In this document: positions 1 through 12,198 of the stretch, piece after piece
Layout of the letters: each line of letters starts with the position of its first letter
How positions within the stretch are numbered: position 1 is the first letter of the stretch
Assembly (NCBI GenBank): GCA_004022145.1
Contig: RCNU01000001.1
Source of the DNA: Paecilomyces variotii
Lineage: Eukaryota
Direction: 5' to 3' (one strand)
Length of the DNA stretch: 64,000 nucleotides
Notes under the pieces: generated by a model
The model's database searches: none
The model's input: the letters and a program-made list of their open reading frames with translations, nothing else
Told to the model about the DNA's origin: nothing
Program-made: the position numbers and the translations under genes

Positions 1-872
1 AAAATAGTAAAACAAAAAAAAGACCCCCGGCGACGATCGATGTATGCACAAGTGGCGCGGGACGGCCCGAAAGAAGCACCTACGTTAGCCCCGGGATGTT
101 TGGACCGGGTTATAGTTACAGGAGTCAGGTGTATTTGTTTGTTGGCAGTGGGACCAAAATAGTCCCAGTTACCACAGATAGAATAGTGCACGACCTGAAG
201 TATATGTGGTATATGTCTGCGTGTGGTGTCCTTTTTTTGACGGAGCTCAGGAGCTCATGCATATTGCCTTGAGGGGGAAAGCTCGGCGTAACGGTAACGT
301 CCGTTGTGCTGATCATGTATTGTTCACGTTGTATTGGAATAGGATGTATAGGAATTGGATACTATAATGGTCTTTCAAAATCCTTTCCTAGTTCCCTCCC
401 TACCTTCATTCTTCAGCTCATTGGATTGAATAGAATTCAAGCGACGCAGCGTGGGTGATATGTAGTTTTGGAAATGATATGAAAGATCATTAATTGTGTG
501 TATATTCCTTCTGTTTCTTTGGCGTCAGCTAAGAAGCCCTCTGCTGCACAGACTAGATTCAGGATTCGTGAGGTTCACTCCGATCTCCGCGCGTACTCTG
601 TAGAGTTAGTACCACGGAACATTGTTTTCTATAAAGAACGGGGTTTTTTTTTTCCCGATGAAGAATGAAAGATAGAAAAAAACGGATCTAGGAAATGACA
701 GATACAGTCTCAATTTCCGTCGGTCGAGAGCCATGCTAGAAATCCAAGTGATAAATAACGCCGAATACAACATTTATATGCATACAGAGTGATGAGACGG
801 AAAGGAGAAGACCTCCCATGAGGTGGGAAGGTCGGAGCAGAAGAGACAGGACCAGATTTCAGAGGGCCCCAA

Positions 873-2147
873 TCAAGCTGCAGCTCCGTCTGCGATCACA
901 TTCTCGACTCCAACGGTTTGTTCGTCCGCCTTGCCAGCGCCACCGCGCCTTTTCTTCAGTACGTTCTCGATGAACGCCTCTCCGGCCTTGTAGCTGCTTC
1001 GGACCAAGGGTCCTGAAGCGCAGTATAAGAAGCCCATATCGAGAGCGCGCTGGCGCCAGAGCTCGAATCGGTCCGGAGTGACGTACTCGTGTACGGCCAT
1101 GTGTCGTTTCGTGGGACGCATGTATTGGCCAAAGGTGACGACGTCGACATCGACGGATCGCAGTTGGCGCAGAGCATCCCAGAGCTGTTCATCGGTCTCA
1201 CCGAGACCCAGCATGATAGAGGTCTTGGTAATCAGTTCTGGCCTAGTCTTCTTGGCAGCCTGAAGAACGCGGAGTGATTGCTGGAAGTTGGCACGGCGGT
1301 CTCGAACCTGGGGCGTCAGGGCTTCGACCGTCTCGACATTGTGAGCGTATACATCCAAGCCGGAGCGGGCGACCAGCGCCACCATGTCCAGATCTCCTGC
1401 ATAGTCACCCGTCAAGCATTCCACCAGAATACTAGGAGCTCTCTGCTTGATCTTGATAACCGTTTCGGCAAAATGTCTAGCACCACCATCCGCCAGGTCA
1501 TCGCGGTCGACACTAGTCAATACGACGTATCCAAGACCCCACCGCTTCAGGGCCTCCGCAGTCTTTTCTGGCTCGTGCGGGTCAAGCGGAGGCGGAGCTC
1601 GCGACGTTTTAACACTGCAGAAACGGCATCCTCTCGTGCAGGTATCACCCATCAGCATGATCGTCGCCGTGGCCGCCGACTTGGAGCTACCGCCCCAGCA
1701 GTCCGAGATATTAGGACATCGGGCCTCTTCACAGACGGTGTGAAGATTCAGACCACGCAGATCCTTCTTGATGCGCTTGAAATTCTCGCCTTCAGGAATT
1801 GGCGTCTTCAACCACGAGGGCAAGCGCGTCATCTCCTTCTTGCGGCCAGCGGGACCGACAAGAGCTGTCTTGAGAGCATATGCATCTTCCGGGGTAAGAG
1901 GCTCCTTGTCCTTCGCCCCTCCAGAAACGAAATCCGCAAACGAGGGTCCGGCGTTCAGTTTATCTCGGAAGGTGGTGGTAGGTCTGCGAGTAGGTGATCG
2001 GGACTTGTCGGATATATTCGAGGTTGCGGAGTCTGATGAAGTTGTGGCATAGTGTCGGGATGTAAGGGGGATGGAGAACAGAGATTGAGATATCTTCCTT
2101 GATGAGGAAGCCTGCAGGCATCTGAAACTCTGTGTAGAGGCTGCCAT
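873..2147 (-). CDS. LIP5: Mitochondrial lipoyl synthase (radical SAM)
   Basis: Intronless 424-aa ORF with the LipA motifs [12 protein letters not shown] (auxiliary cluster), CTRGCRFC (CxxxCxxC) and C-terminal VRSSYKA; the Arg/Ser-rich N-terminus resembles a mitochondrial presequence. Confidence 0.97.
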   Translation of the reverse strand: MAASTQSFRCLQASSSRKISQSLFSIPLTSRHYATTSSDSATSNISDKSRSPTRRPTTTFRDKLNAGPSFADFVSGGAKDKEPLTPEDAYALKTALVGPAGRKKEMTRLPSWLKTPIPEGENFKRIKKDLRGLNLHTVCEEARCPNISDCWGGSSKSAATATIMLMGDTCTRGCRFCSVKTSRAPPPLDPHEPEKTAEALKRWGLGYVVLTSVDRDDLADGGARHFAETVIKIKQRAPSILVECLTGDYAGDLDMVALVARSGLDVYAHNVETVEALTPQVRDRRANFQQSLRVLQAAKKTRPELITKTSIMLGLGETDEQLWDALRQLRSVDVDVVTFGQYMRPTKRHMAVHEYVTPDRFELWRQRALDMGFLYCASGPLVRSSYKAGEAFIENVLKKRRGGAGKADEQTVGVENVIADGAAA

Positions 2148-2839
2148 TGTGGTCTGGTTGTGACAAGAGAGTCACCAGAGATGATGTCGGGAAACTCGAT
2201 AAAGCGATCTCTCTCTCCGGCGCTTACACTTCCCGCGGCGAACCCTCACCGGCGGAACATCGATAGTCCGGCCAATGGCGCAACTGGCTTATCTAAATCG
2301 GACGGTTTAACCTGTTTATGATCTACGGAGTACATCAGATCAGACTAACATACTATTATTATTCATAGTACCCTTGCTGTTTCCTAGCTACTTCTGGAGA
2401 GATCATCCGATCAAGAATGCATGCAGTGTACCATATATGAAATCCAGTAAACTTGTAGCCTTACGAAAAGAGAAATTTATGCGTCAATAGTGTAGATTAA
2501 TCAGACACAAGATATAAGTTAAGTAAAATCGTTAGACCCGCCTTCAAGGCAGTAAAAATACATGACAACGACATACAACAAAGCCAAAGAAGAAACTGGT
2601 TTTGAGAAGACCACGTCTAAGAATATGCGCAGTGGAGGTATTTTAAGAAAGAACACCGAAAAGAGATGAGAGATATGGACGTGCAACGACTGTGTGCGCC
2701 AGGCAGCGAATGAAAAGAGTATCGCTCAAGAAAATCACTAAAGTCAGAAGAAGAGACAACAGTAGGCAATAAAATGCGAAAGAAGGCCAGACACGACGGT
2801 CATGGACTAGTACAGGCTAAAGAGAACTGTCAAAAGGAA

Positions 2840-4849
2840 TCATGCCTTCGTTTCGAGGACCTGCGTTAGGACAGTAACGGATGTCTTCAAAGTCTCGTCG
2901 GACCGGCCGCAGATCTTCAAGAACAAGTGATCAATAATACGATCGAGGCCCTTACGAACCTCGATGCTGCGCGAGCTTATGAGCCGTCCAGAGAAGCGCC
3001 CGTGAGAGGGGTTTTGGAATTGGAGTCCCAGGGTAGCTCGCGCCTTTTCCGGCACACTATCTAGGCGGGATAGTGTAGTGGTTCCCGCGGACAGAGAGCT
3101 GTTGCGGCGATGTGAGCCAGCCATAGATACAAGATAGTTCCGTGCGATCAAGGTAGCACAAAGAGACCCAAGGAGAGGTTCCTTAATTCCCGGAAAGATC
3201 TTTCGGAAAGGTCTGAGCAACGCTTTCTCGTCGTTTTGTCTCAGGAGGATAATCACCGGTGAGGTGAGAGTCAATGGAGAGGCGGGGAAATTCTTCACCG
3301 ACAGCTCAAGCTGGTCGAGTGTCCATTCGTAGTCCCACCACTTTTCGAGTGTTTCCTGATCGCACAGATCCTGGTGGGTTGATATAAGCGGAGGGCTTTG
3401 AAGTTTGGGACTTGGGGGCTTCGGGCTCTGGTCCTCAGCCGGGGAGCGAGGGTAGTTATCATAGGATGAAGTGGCCGGGGCTTTTACTGCCCATGGTTTC
3501 GTGATAGCAGTGGGCGACTGTGTATTTAGATCAAGGTCAAAAGTACCGATTATGTCGGTCTCTGCGATATCGCTCAATGCATCGTCGTCCTCGGTGGCAC
3601 GACTATTTTCAGACGAGCGATTCGATTGAATGATGTATCCGCTATCAGGAATCTCAGGCGGTGTATCCGGGCTGAAAGCGGATATCTCGTAAGGCCGCTG
3701 GTTGGGAGTCGACGGTCTCCGGGCAGATAATGCCATGTGAATTGGCACTGAATAACTTGTGGCGGAGGAGGAGCGCCTGGAGATGTCTACTAATTTTGGT
3801 TTCGTCTTGCTGGCAAGAGTAGCGTATCTCTATCATCATGTGAGCACCAATCTGAAAAGCGGAAGAGAAGAATAACGTACCACCGGTTGCTGGTTAGCAA
3901 TCTGAGTGTCAATCCGTAGGTTAACAGGCTTGCGACCCTGCTGCACTATTTGACACTTGCGCCGATTCATTTCCTTGGTCTTCCCATCAAGACGATCTGG
4001 TGTCGATAGTGGTACGCCTTGGAGCCAAGTTTCACAGTAAGATAGATTGGCTGGAACCCAGCTTGCTTCACTCGAGAAAGTATCGTTCCGAGTTCGTGTC
4101 TTGGTATCACCGGAGGTCCCAGGAGAAGTGTCATATTCAGTGGACTCAGCAGGCGGAGAGGCTACTTTGGCAGTCACTTCCGGTGCAATGTCATCGGTCA
4201 TCTCATTTCCATCCTCTCGCTTGATATCAGACTGCTGATGCTCCACAACGGTTGGTGTTTCCATTTCCATTTCCACGTCCGATACTGCCTTGCTTGTTGC
4301 TAGCTGTTCTTGTTTTGGTTCGTAAGTGCTATCAGCACTGCCGACGCAGCTCTTTCCATCACTCGAATAGCTCTGGATAATTATGGGAGAACTTCGGTCA
4401 CTCTTTACATCAAACTCGAATTCTGAACGCTCGACCGGCGACGACGGACCCAGCATCCGTGAGTCTGACAGACTAGGACTCGGAAGTAGACCAAATGACT
4501 CGAGAGCTCCCACTACCAGATGCTGATCTGAATGACATGCGCGCAGGGTCGGAAACCTGTTCGGGGGGCTCTCTTTCCTGCTCCCTTTCCTACTGCACCG
4601 GGTGCTTTCGAGAGACGGAGAAGTCGGCAGGACCAGCTGGAATGGTTCCTTCATTTTCCGCACTGAACGAAATGGAGATACCCAGATGTTTCCTCGATAT
4701 GATGGGTGCCTGACCTGTGAGCTGGGATATTCTCGTTGTTCTGAGCGGTACACTGTTGAAGGGAGAAACGAGAGTGAGCCTTGTGATTGTTTACTCCGCC
4801 GTGAGTAAGTGGAAGATATTGAATATGTCGGACTGCTATCGTGCGCCAT
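2840..4849 (-). CDS. Hypothetical Ser/Pro-rich fungal protein, two exons
   Basis: The 337-aa and 302-aa ORFs join in frame through a GTACGT...TAG intron at about 3830-3880 (…QQPV|RYATLASKTKPKLVDISR…VPIHMAL…). No domain recognised. Confidence 0.7.
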
Positions 4850-6013
4850 GGTGGATTGTGTGGCTGTCTAGCATGGCTGGGTTAGATTCACGTGGGAAGT
4901 GCTGGGACGAATCGAATCTTGCATTCGAGTATGGTTCTCAACGTCTATGGACGGTATATCGTACAAACGACAACAGAAAAGAAGCAAAGATGCAGTATGG
5001 ACAAGGCAAGCAAGAAGTGTAAGTTCAGGTGGCTACCTAAGGGGGATAAAACACCCTTATACACGCGTTCCACGAGCCCCTGGCCTTGTCAAGGGCGGAC
5101 GATCTGGACGTACATGGTATCCCTTTGGTAGCGAATCCATATACTTCAGCAATGAGGGAAGGGGACCATCTTGGCAAGCTAAAACGCATGTCCTTGCATT
5201 CCTGGAGGAGTGTCACGGCCAGGTGTACCGAGCCATTGGCCAGGCCAGGCTGAAGCACTGCCCGGAGGGGGGCACAACTATGTCGATAGTTGACTATTCC
5301 ATCTTCGACGGTTCGTCTCGGTTGCTGGCACACCTCCTCGAGTGACGCAGAGACGGGCCAGAGTAAGGGCGTGCTGAGTGTCACGCTGCCTAGTCAAACG
5401 ATCCGATGCAAGATGAGCTGATATCACTAGAGACACCCCTTGCTTCCTGCCGCCATCATACTCGGAGGGGGCAGCGCGTCCATCCACGCGCCCGATCTCT
5501 CAAACGGGCGTTCCCGCGTCGATTCCAACGTGATGGCAGAAGGTCCATGCGGCTCGTCAGATTCACAGTGAGACTCTGAGATGCTTTCTGGCTGCTCGTG
5601 GCAGTTGAGTGTTTACTGGAGGCAGATGGTATGTTTGAGATGTCGACAATCTCACCGGGATGACTAAGCTCTATAGAGAGCTCCTAGTTAGTTAGTTAGG
5701 TAGTTAGGGCTGAGCAGCTGGAGAAACGACACACAACCAGGGACCGTCGAACCCCTCCATACATCCAACATAGAGTTCGATCTCTGCAGTAGATCGCAGG
5801 CTGGTTCAAACTTATTCTCCGCTGTCAATGGTTCGGTGATGTATACTACACTTAGTGGTCTCTGAAGCTTGCGATCTATCACCGCGCGAGCAAACATTGC
5901 AAACACCGCCTTATCGCAGCATCGCATTATCGTCTCCGCTAAAAAATTCCCGACGAACTGGGAGATATTATTCACGTCCTTTCGAGAGCCGCCACGCGCT
6001 ACAGGAGCCCTCG

Positions 6014-7835
6014 ATGCTATCTGAGAGCTTCTTCGCGGCGACCTTGGCGTCCTCCAAGACGCCAGGCTCATCGACACTCAAAGATGTGGGGGTCTCAATC
6101 CATGAGCTCCAGCCGTCGCCCGCCTTCCGCTCCGGCTTCAAGAAAAGCTCCTCTTCGCCCAATTGCCTGGCTGTGAGCCCATCACACGTGTTTGCTGCGC
6201 AGGCGGAGAAGGCCGTGGTGCATGTCTACAGTAGGGAGCGTGGTGGTCAGGAAGCTACCATTGCATTTCCGGAGCGGATACGCAGTCTCGCGATTGCAGG
6301 AGCGCAGGGAAGGGAAGTACTGATCTTGGGAACGGAGGGAGGACGGCTGATCTTGTGGGAGGTAAGATAAGACACCAACTTGATAGATCATGATCGGGGT
6401 GAAAAATCTGACTGAGCAGTAGACTTGCACGGGACGCCAAGTATCAACCTCCGCATCGCATCTCCAACCGGTCACGGCTCTAGTTGTAGATGCAACGTCC
6501 AACTTTATCCTGTCGGGTTCCTCAGACGCCAATATCCATGTCTGGTCCATATCGCGGCTTCTCTCCTTTTCTAAACCTTCTGCCACAGGCCGAAGCAAAC
6601 AGCCGGCCAATGGTCCTTTCCGAACCTTTTTGAACCACCGCGCCCCCATCACCTCTCTCGCAGTTGGTCACGGCAGCGGTAGAGCTAGCATTGCCATCTC
6701 TGCTGCCAAGGATAATACTGCCATAGTATGGGATTACCAGACTGGACAGACATTGAGGACATTCCTTCTGCCGTCTGTAGCTCAATCTCTGGCAGTTGAT
6801 CCCGCGGACCGCGCCTTCTACGCCGGTTACGAGGATGGCAGTATTCAGATAATCGATTTCTACAAGAATGCATCCATACAGCATCCCCTGCATGATGCAA
6901 GCCTCCAGTCGACACCCGCGCAGCTATCAGCTGAAGAGCGATGGCTGCCACCCTCAGGGGATTCTGGCGCCGCGGAATGTCTGACTCTTTCCTACGACGG
7001 GATGACTCTCCTGTCCGGACACCGTAGTGGAAAGGTCCTGTCCTGGAATATCGCCAAGGGGAAATATGCTTCAACGGTCACGGACCTGACGCACCCAGTG
7101 ACGAACCTGCTTATGCTTCCACCAAGTGGTCTGCAGGGCGCCTCCACAGAACCGAAGGTTGCGACTCATAACATCGTCAAACCCCGGTATGACCCTAGCC
7201 TGGCTGATTCCACATCGACAGCCGGCATAGTCCCAGCAGACTATACGTTCAACACACACATCTTATCTTCGTCTTCACCATCAATAATATCTAGTGCGGG
7301 CGACAAAACCACACAGCTGGACCTCTTCTCTGAAGCCCTCACACATCCCTCTTTTCCCGCGTCTTTGATAGAAGAGGGCCTGGCAGAGCTCTCCTTTTTC
7401 GAGAAAGCCGGCAGCAACACTTCTCAGCCACAGAACTATACCTCCTCTGTTTCCGCTGAAGGCACCTCCACCGTTAGCGATGCCGCTCAATCTTCCCGTA
7501 TCCAGTCTCTGGAATCCGAACTTGCTGCAGTAAAACAGAAGCTTCTCACTAGTGAAACTGCCCGTCGCTCCACATCGTCTGAGCTCCTTCAGTTGCAATC
7601 CGACCTCACGCGCTTGAAAGATCACAGCAGTGCGCTACAGCAAAGACAGGAACGGAGCGAGAAAAATAAATTAGCGCGGCGAGCGCGGAAAGAAGAGCGG
7701 GAGCGGGAACGCCGCGAGGCATGGTTCGCGGCGGAGAAGAATGGTAAAAACGGCGATCGAGCAATGCGAAAGACGGAGATAGATAACGGCGCAGAGACCA
7801 GTGACACGGGAGACCTGAGCAGTGAGAATGAATGA
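6014..7835 (+). CDS. IPI3: WD40 pre-rRNA processing protein of the Rix1 complex
   Basis: ATG 6014 (MLSESFFAAT); intron 6362-6422 (GTAAGA...TAG); WD-type segments (LILGTEGGRLILWE|TCTGR, HLQPVTAL, ILSGSSDANIHVW) and a C-terminal coiled coil. Confidence 0.85.
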
Positions 7836-8866
7836 TTGAAATGATAATCTCATTTAGTTTGAGCTGCAGCTCTGATTAGGGCATGGTCGTTCCTGGTTCT
7901 ACAAAACGCATATGATCATCACATTGGTGTCAGTTTCGAGATCTACATTACTTTGGCTTTGTTATGCACTAGACACTGAGAAAGAGGAGAAAAATGAAAG
8001 GCGGCTACGGATTCTGGAAAAGTTGGTGCTGTTGGAGTTTTCCATTTTGTTTCATTTTTCTCGTTTTATTCAAATCTTATTTCCACTTTTGTATAGATAT
8101 ACCAAGTGTATAGATCTCGCGGCCCTCATACCTCAATAGATTAATGATCTGTCAAGCAATCTCCCAATCCAATCAGAACAACAGCTTCATGGTATCTTAT
8201 CTTTGAGCAATTTGCTAGTCCATACTTTTAGCATCGCAGATCCTCCCATCCAAACAATAATACCAGACGGAAGAAACAATGTCATTATACCAACACTACT
8301 TAATGCCCATTCCGCCTTGTTTCACATTTCACAACTTCAACGCTTAATAAATTTCACAAACAGGTCGAGCAAGCGAGCAAGTTTCAAACCTTACTGTTTA
8401 GACTCGTTTCAATTCCTGAAAAGCTAATTTATTTCACAAAATGGAAATTTCGAGACGATGGTCCAATGGCCAGTGGAGACTGTTACGCGAGGGGGGGAAT
8501 CTGATATAGCAAGCAAGCAAGCATATATAAAAAGAAACTTTTTCGGCATGTGGGAAAACGTTAACACGCCTTCCTCCCTTCTTGGAAGAAAAAGAAGAGA
8601 CAATTTTTGCCGGCAGAGGCGCGAGGAACGTTGAGTGGCAAAGAAAAAAAAAATCAAGTCGTGCCACGCGATAGACAAAGTGACATTTTGTTGCTTTTCC
8701 ACGCGAGGACAGGTGAAGCATACCGAACCCCCCTGGCTGGAATGTCGGGAATAATGCCTCGCTCCCTTGGAATGGAAGCAAAGAAAGCTACCGCGTCTCC
8801 CGCTGTCATTTGCATCCAATGTACGGAGTAAAATGCCTAGAGTGAAGAGCTGGGGAATAGGGTTTT

Positions 8867-10113
8867 CTAACGCTGTCCGTTGTTGACAACAAACGGTCGT
8901 AGACCCATCAAGCCTAGCCAGAGGGCTTCCTCCGTGCGGATGGTGCGACTGCCCTGGCCTGGGAGGATGTTGATCCAGTAATCGAACAATTTCTCAGCGT
9001 CCGCGGGCATGATTCCTTTGTCTAGGAGCTCTTTGTCGGCTCGAACTGCCTCTTCGATGCCTGCTACGCCGCCGAATAGTACGAGGAGATGTTCGTATTT
9101 CGCTAAGGACGGCTCCGCCAGGACATCTGCGATGGATGCACCGCGCTCGGAGGTTCCGAACGAGAGGTCATAACCTCCATCGAACGGACACTCCGTGAAG
9201 ACTCCAGAGAGTGTGTGTGTTCGTCGAACGCTGTAGCCCCAGTAGTATCCGGCCTCCTCTCGCGGTGCGTTCGGGTCGACGGGCTCAGCGTCCTCGGGGG
9301 TATCTTTCGATGGAAACTTGACAGTCACGCGTGCCAGCTCTGGAATTTCCATCTCGTGCAGAACAACGGGCTGAGAGAGTCCTGTCTCGATGATGGTTGG
9401 TTTGGATACACCATCTATTTCACGCCCTCCCCCTCCCGGTTCGGGACTTCCTCCTCCTCCTCCCCCATCGTCGTCACTTTCTGGTACAACGACACCTTCA
9501 CGATATTCGCACCACTCATTGGCACGCAGGTGATGCGGCATATCCAAACTAGGAAGCACACCAGCCAGTTTCAGGTTCGGATGCATTGGAAAGAGGTGTT
9601 TGCGAAGGTAGGGTGGAGTCTCGAGATAGGCGAGAATGTGGGAGAGAAAATGGGACGGGTCCGTAAAGGCCGTGAATTGCTCTGTATGGAGATCATCGAC
9701 ACGAGTCTTGAAAGCTTTCGGGTCGTCGTCAAAGACAATAACTTCGTCGACACAGAAGACTGCGAGGGCACGTGCTATCATACCCGCCAGGTGTGTCTTC
9801 GTCTCCTGGGATTTCGCACTATTCAACTCATTAGAAACAGCTCGTATCCAAACGGGATTATATAGAAATCCAACTCTAAATCTATATATCCAACTCACTT
9901 GGCGATAATGCTGCCTGGTATCGCGACGCTCAGCGTATGCTTCCTTCCGCCGGTAGGGACAAAGAGCGCGGTCGGCTTCGCGGTGTGAAGATCCCCATTG
10001 CCCGAATCAATGGAGGTCTTGCGACGCTATGAAAAGAACACAATAATATTAGCAATTGACTCGAAGATAATATCCTCTAGCTGTTCGCATACCTTCGTTT
10101 TCGGAATAGCCAT
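8867..10113 (-). CDS. SPOUT-class RNA methyltransferase, DUF171 family (SPOUT1/C9orf114-like)
   Basis: Exons 10113-10093, 10026-9899 and 9818-8867; motifs TLSVAIPGSII, IARALAVFCVDEVIVF, YLETPPYLRK, GYYWGYSVR and PGQGSRTIRTEEA. Confidence 0.9.
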
Positions 10114-10689
10114 GGGTAAAAACTGGTAATAATATGCGGTAGTTGATCGACTGTAAATTCTTTAACAAAACCTTTAACTAGAAAGGCCGTTAAAAGCTCC
10201 ACCCTCTCCACCCTTAGCGGCGGCCCCCACGGTTCGCTCGCGGGAGTGGCTTAAGAGGCGTTTTATTAGTGTCATCGTGACCGCTACAGTCACCTCAATC
10301 ATAATGATCAATGGTTATTGTAATCTGTCAGTTTATGTCGGTGGTCTAGCGATGGAGAACAGTCTAGGTAATGTGCTCTTCAGGTTTAAATCTAGACCTG
10401 CAGGTGCTAGTCTTATTGAGCTTTCAACTATATGACATTTGCGGGCTGTTGAGCAGACAAATCTGGTGCAAAGGGTCTGGATGAATCTTCAAGCATAGAA
10501 TATTTACATCTACATCGTATAAGTCGGATGAACTGAGATCGAAGATAGGTTTGGAATATGTAAGTCTTGTGTCGAGGATATATTTAACTTTAACACCTTA
10601 CTAGAGATCTCTAGAAATGCGTTTCAAGAATTCGCTTGCTGTTTATAACAAGAGTGGCCAGATACTTATGGATATACTCCAGCTTGGTC

Positions 10690-11493
10690 TTAATATGCCC
10701 CAACGGCAGTCGATCCCTCGATGCTTGTCTCTCCCGCCAGTTGCTTTGCGATCTTTACTCCGGCACTAGCTCCGATCCTATCCGCACCGGCTTGAAGCAT
10801 CCGTACACAGTCCTCTGCCGTACGCACTCCTCCACTAGCTTTGACCTTGCAGCCCTTTCCAAGTGCATCCACCGTAGCTCGCATGAGAGACACATTCTCA
10901 ACGCTAGCTCCAGAGCCATTAAATCCAGTGCTCGTTTTGACAAAATCTGCACCGGCAAGACAACTAATCACCGATCCAGCTATGATCTGATCTCTGTCCA
11001 GCTGGGACGTTTCGAGGATGACCTTGAGCCTGATAGGCGAAGGAGCCGCCTTGCGTACAGCGAGGATGTCTTCATAGACATCGACAAACTTCCCTTCCTT
11101 GAGAAGCGGATAGTTGAGTACCATGTCTAGTTCTGAAGCTCCCTGTCTCACAGCCTCGAGGGCCTCGTCCACTTTCTCTGCTGTCCTGTATGTCCCCTCA
11201 TGGAAACCGACAACTGCCGCGACGCACACCTCGGGCGTGTCTTTGAGGTTCTCTACGGCGCGGCGGACATGGTTGACGCGGACGCAAACAGAAGCGAATT
11301 TGTATTCTTTTGCCTCTTCGCAAAGAGTATCTATTTCAGACTCTGTTGCTGACAGGCCTAGGAGCGTGTGGTCAATAGTCCCAGGGATGGAAGATGGAGA
11401 AGGAGCAGGTCGGTTGGTGAATGTTGCTGGGAGGGAGTCCTTGATAGATGAAATCGTGGCAGCCCACTCTGCATTTGTCGTGGGAATCGACAT
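10690..11493 (-). CDS. deoC: Deoxyribose-phosphate aldolase (DERA/DeoC)
   Basis: Intronless ORF with IDHTLL, ELDMV, LKVILET, ADFVKTSTGF (Schiff-base Lys) and VKASGGVRT motifs. Confidence 0.95.
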   Translation of the reverse strand: MSIPTTNAEWAATISSIKDSLPATFTNRPAPSPSSIPGTIDHTLLGLSATESEIDTLCEEAKEYKFASVCVRVNHVRRAVENLKDTPEVCVAAVVGFHEGTYRTAEKVDEALEAVRQGASELDMVLNYPLLKEGKFVDVYEDILAVRKAAPSPIRLKVILETSQLDRDQIIAGSVISCLAGADFVKTSTGFNGSGASVENVSLMRATVDALGKGCKVKASGGVRTAEDCVRMLQAGADRIGASAGVKIAKQLAGETSIEGSTAVGAY

Positions 11494-12198
11494 TTCTTCG
11501 CGGTGTTATACTGAATTATGTCAGAAGTTGGAAAAGGATATAGAGGTTCAAGCGGTAGCTAGGCAAGACTGCATTGAATCACAAGGGGCCCGTGTAAGAC
11601 CAATGGCCACGGCAGGAAATAGGCGATCAATTATACATGCATAACATTGAATATAAACATAGCAGGATGTCATATATATACGACAAAAGAAAAGAATGGT
11701 ACAATAAGAACTGTGTCAACAGCATCAAAAATTGCGGGGAACCGACAACCTAGACCAACAATCCATGTACAGAACGTTGTGAAGACCCAACTGAGAGGAC
11801 TTACGAACCTAAAGTCTTCCGAGAAAAGTGCCCTGATGGCTAGTTCCTCTATTCATTCGAATTATGCTTCTTGCTCTGCGGTGTTGTTCCGTCCTGTTTG
11901 GTTTTGGTTCGCGTCTTCGAGTCCAGTTTGTCCCGCGCGAAGGTTGTCTGCGTGCCCCACACTTTCTCCCCGGTTCCTGAGAATCTCGGTCTATATATAC
12001 GCCAGATCAGACTGCCTCTATATTTTTGTGCTATAGATGAAATCGCAATGATAAGCGATTACGTTCCTAGTAAATACCTTAATGAAATTTATGATAGATG
12101 GTATCGATATGACTATTGTGTCTGCCGTTACTGTCTGTATAATCTCTGTATCAAATGACTCTTAGATACAAGGCAAACCTAGTCGACACAACTGGCGA

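Noticed and set aside
1278-1997. Long antisense ORFs (e.g. 239 aa over LIP5, 252 aa over EPT1, 273 aa over RPN3, 268 aa over TAF12)
   Set aside because: Shadow frames of GC3-rich real genes, with no recognisable domains.
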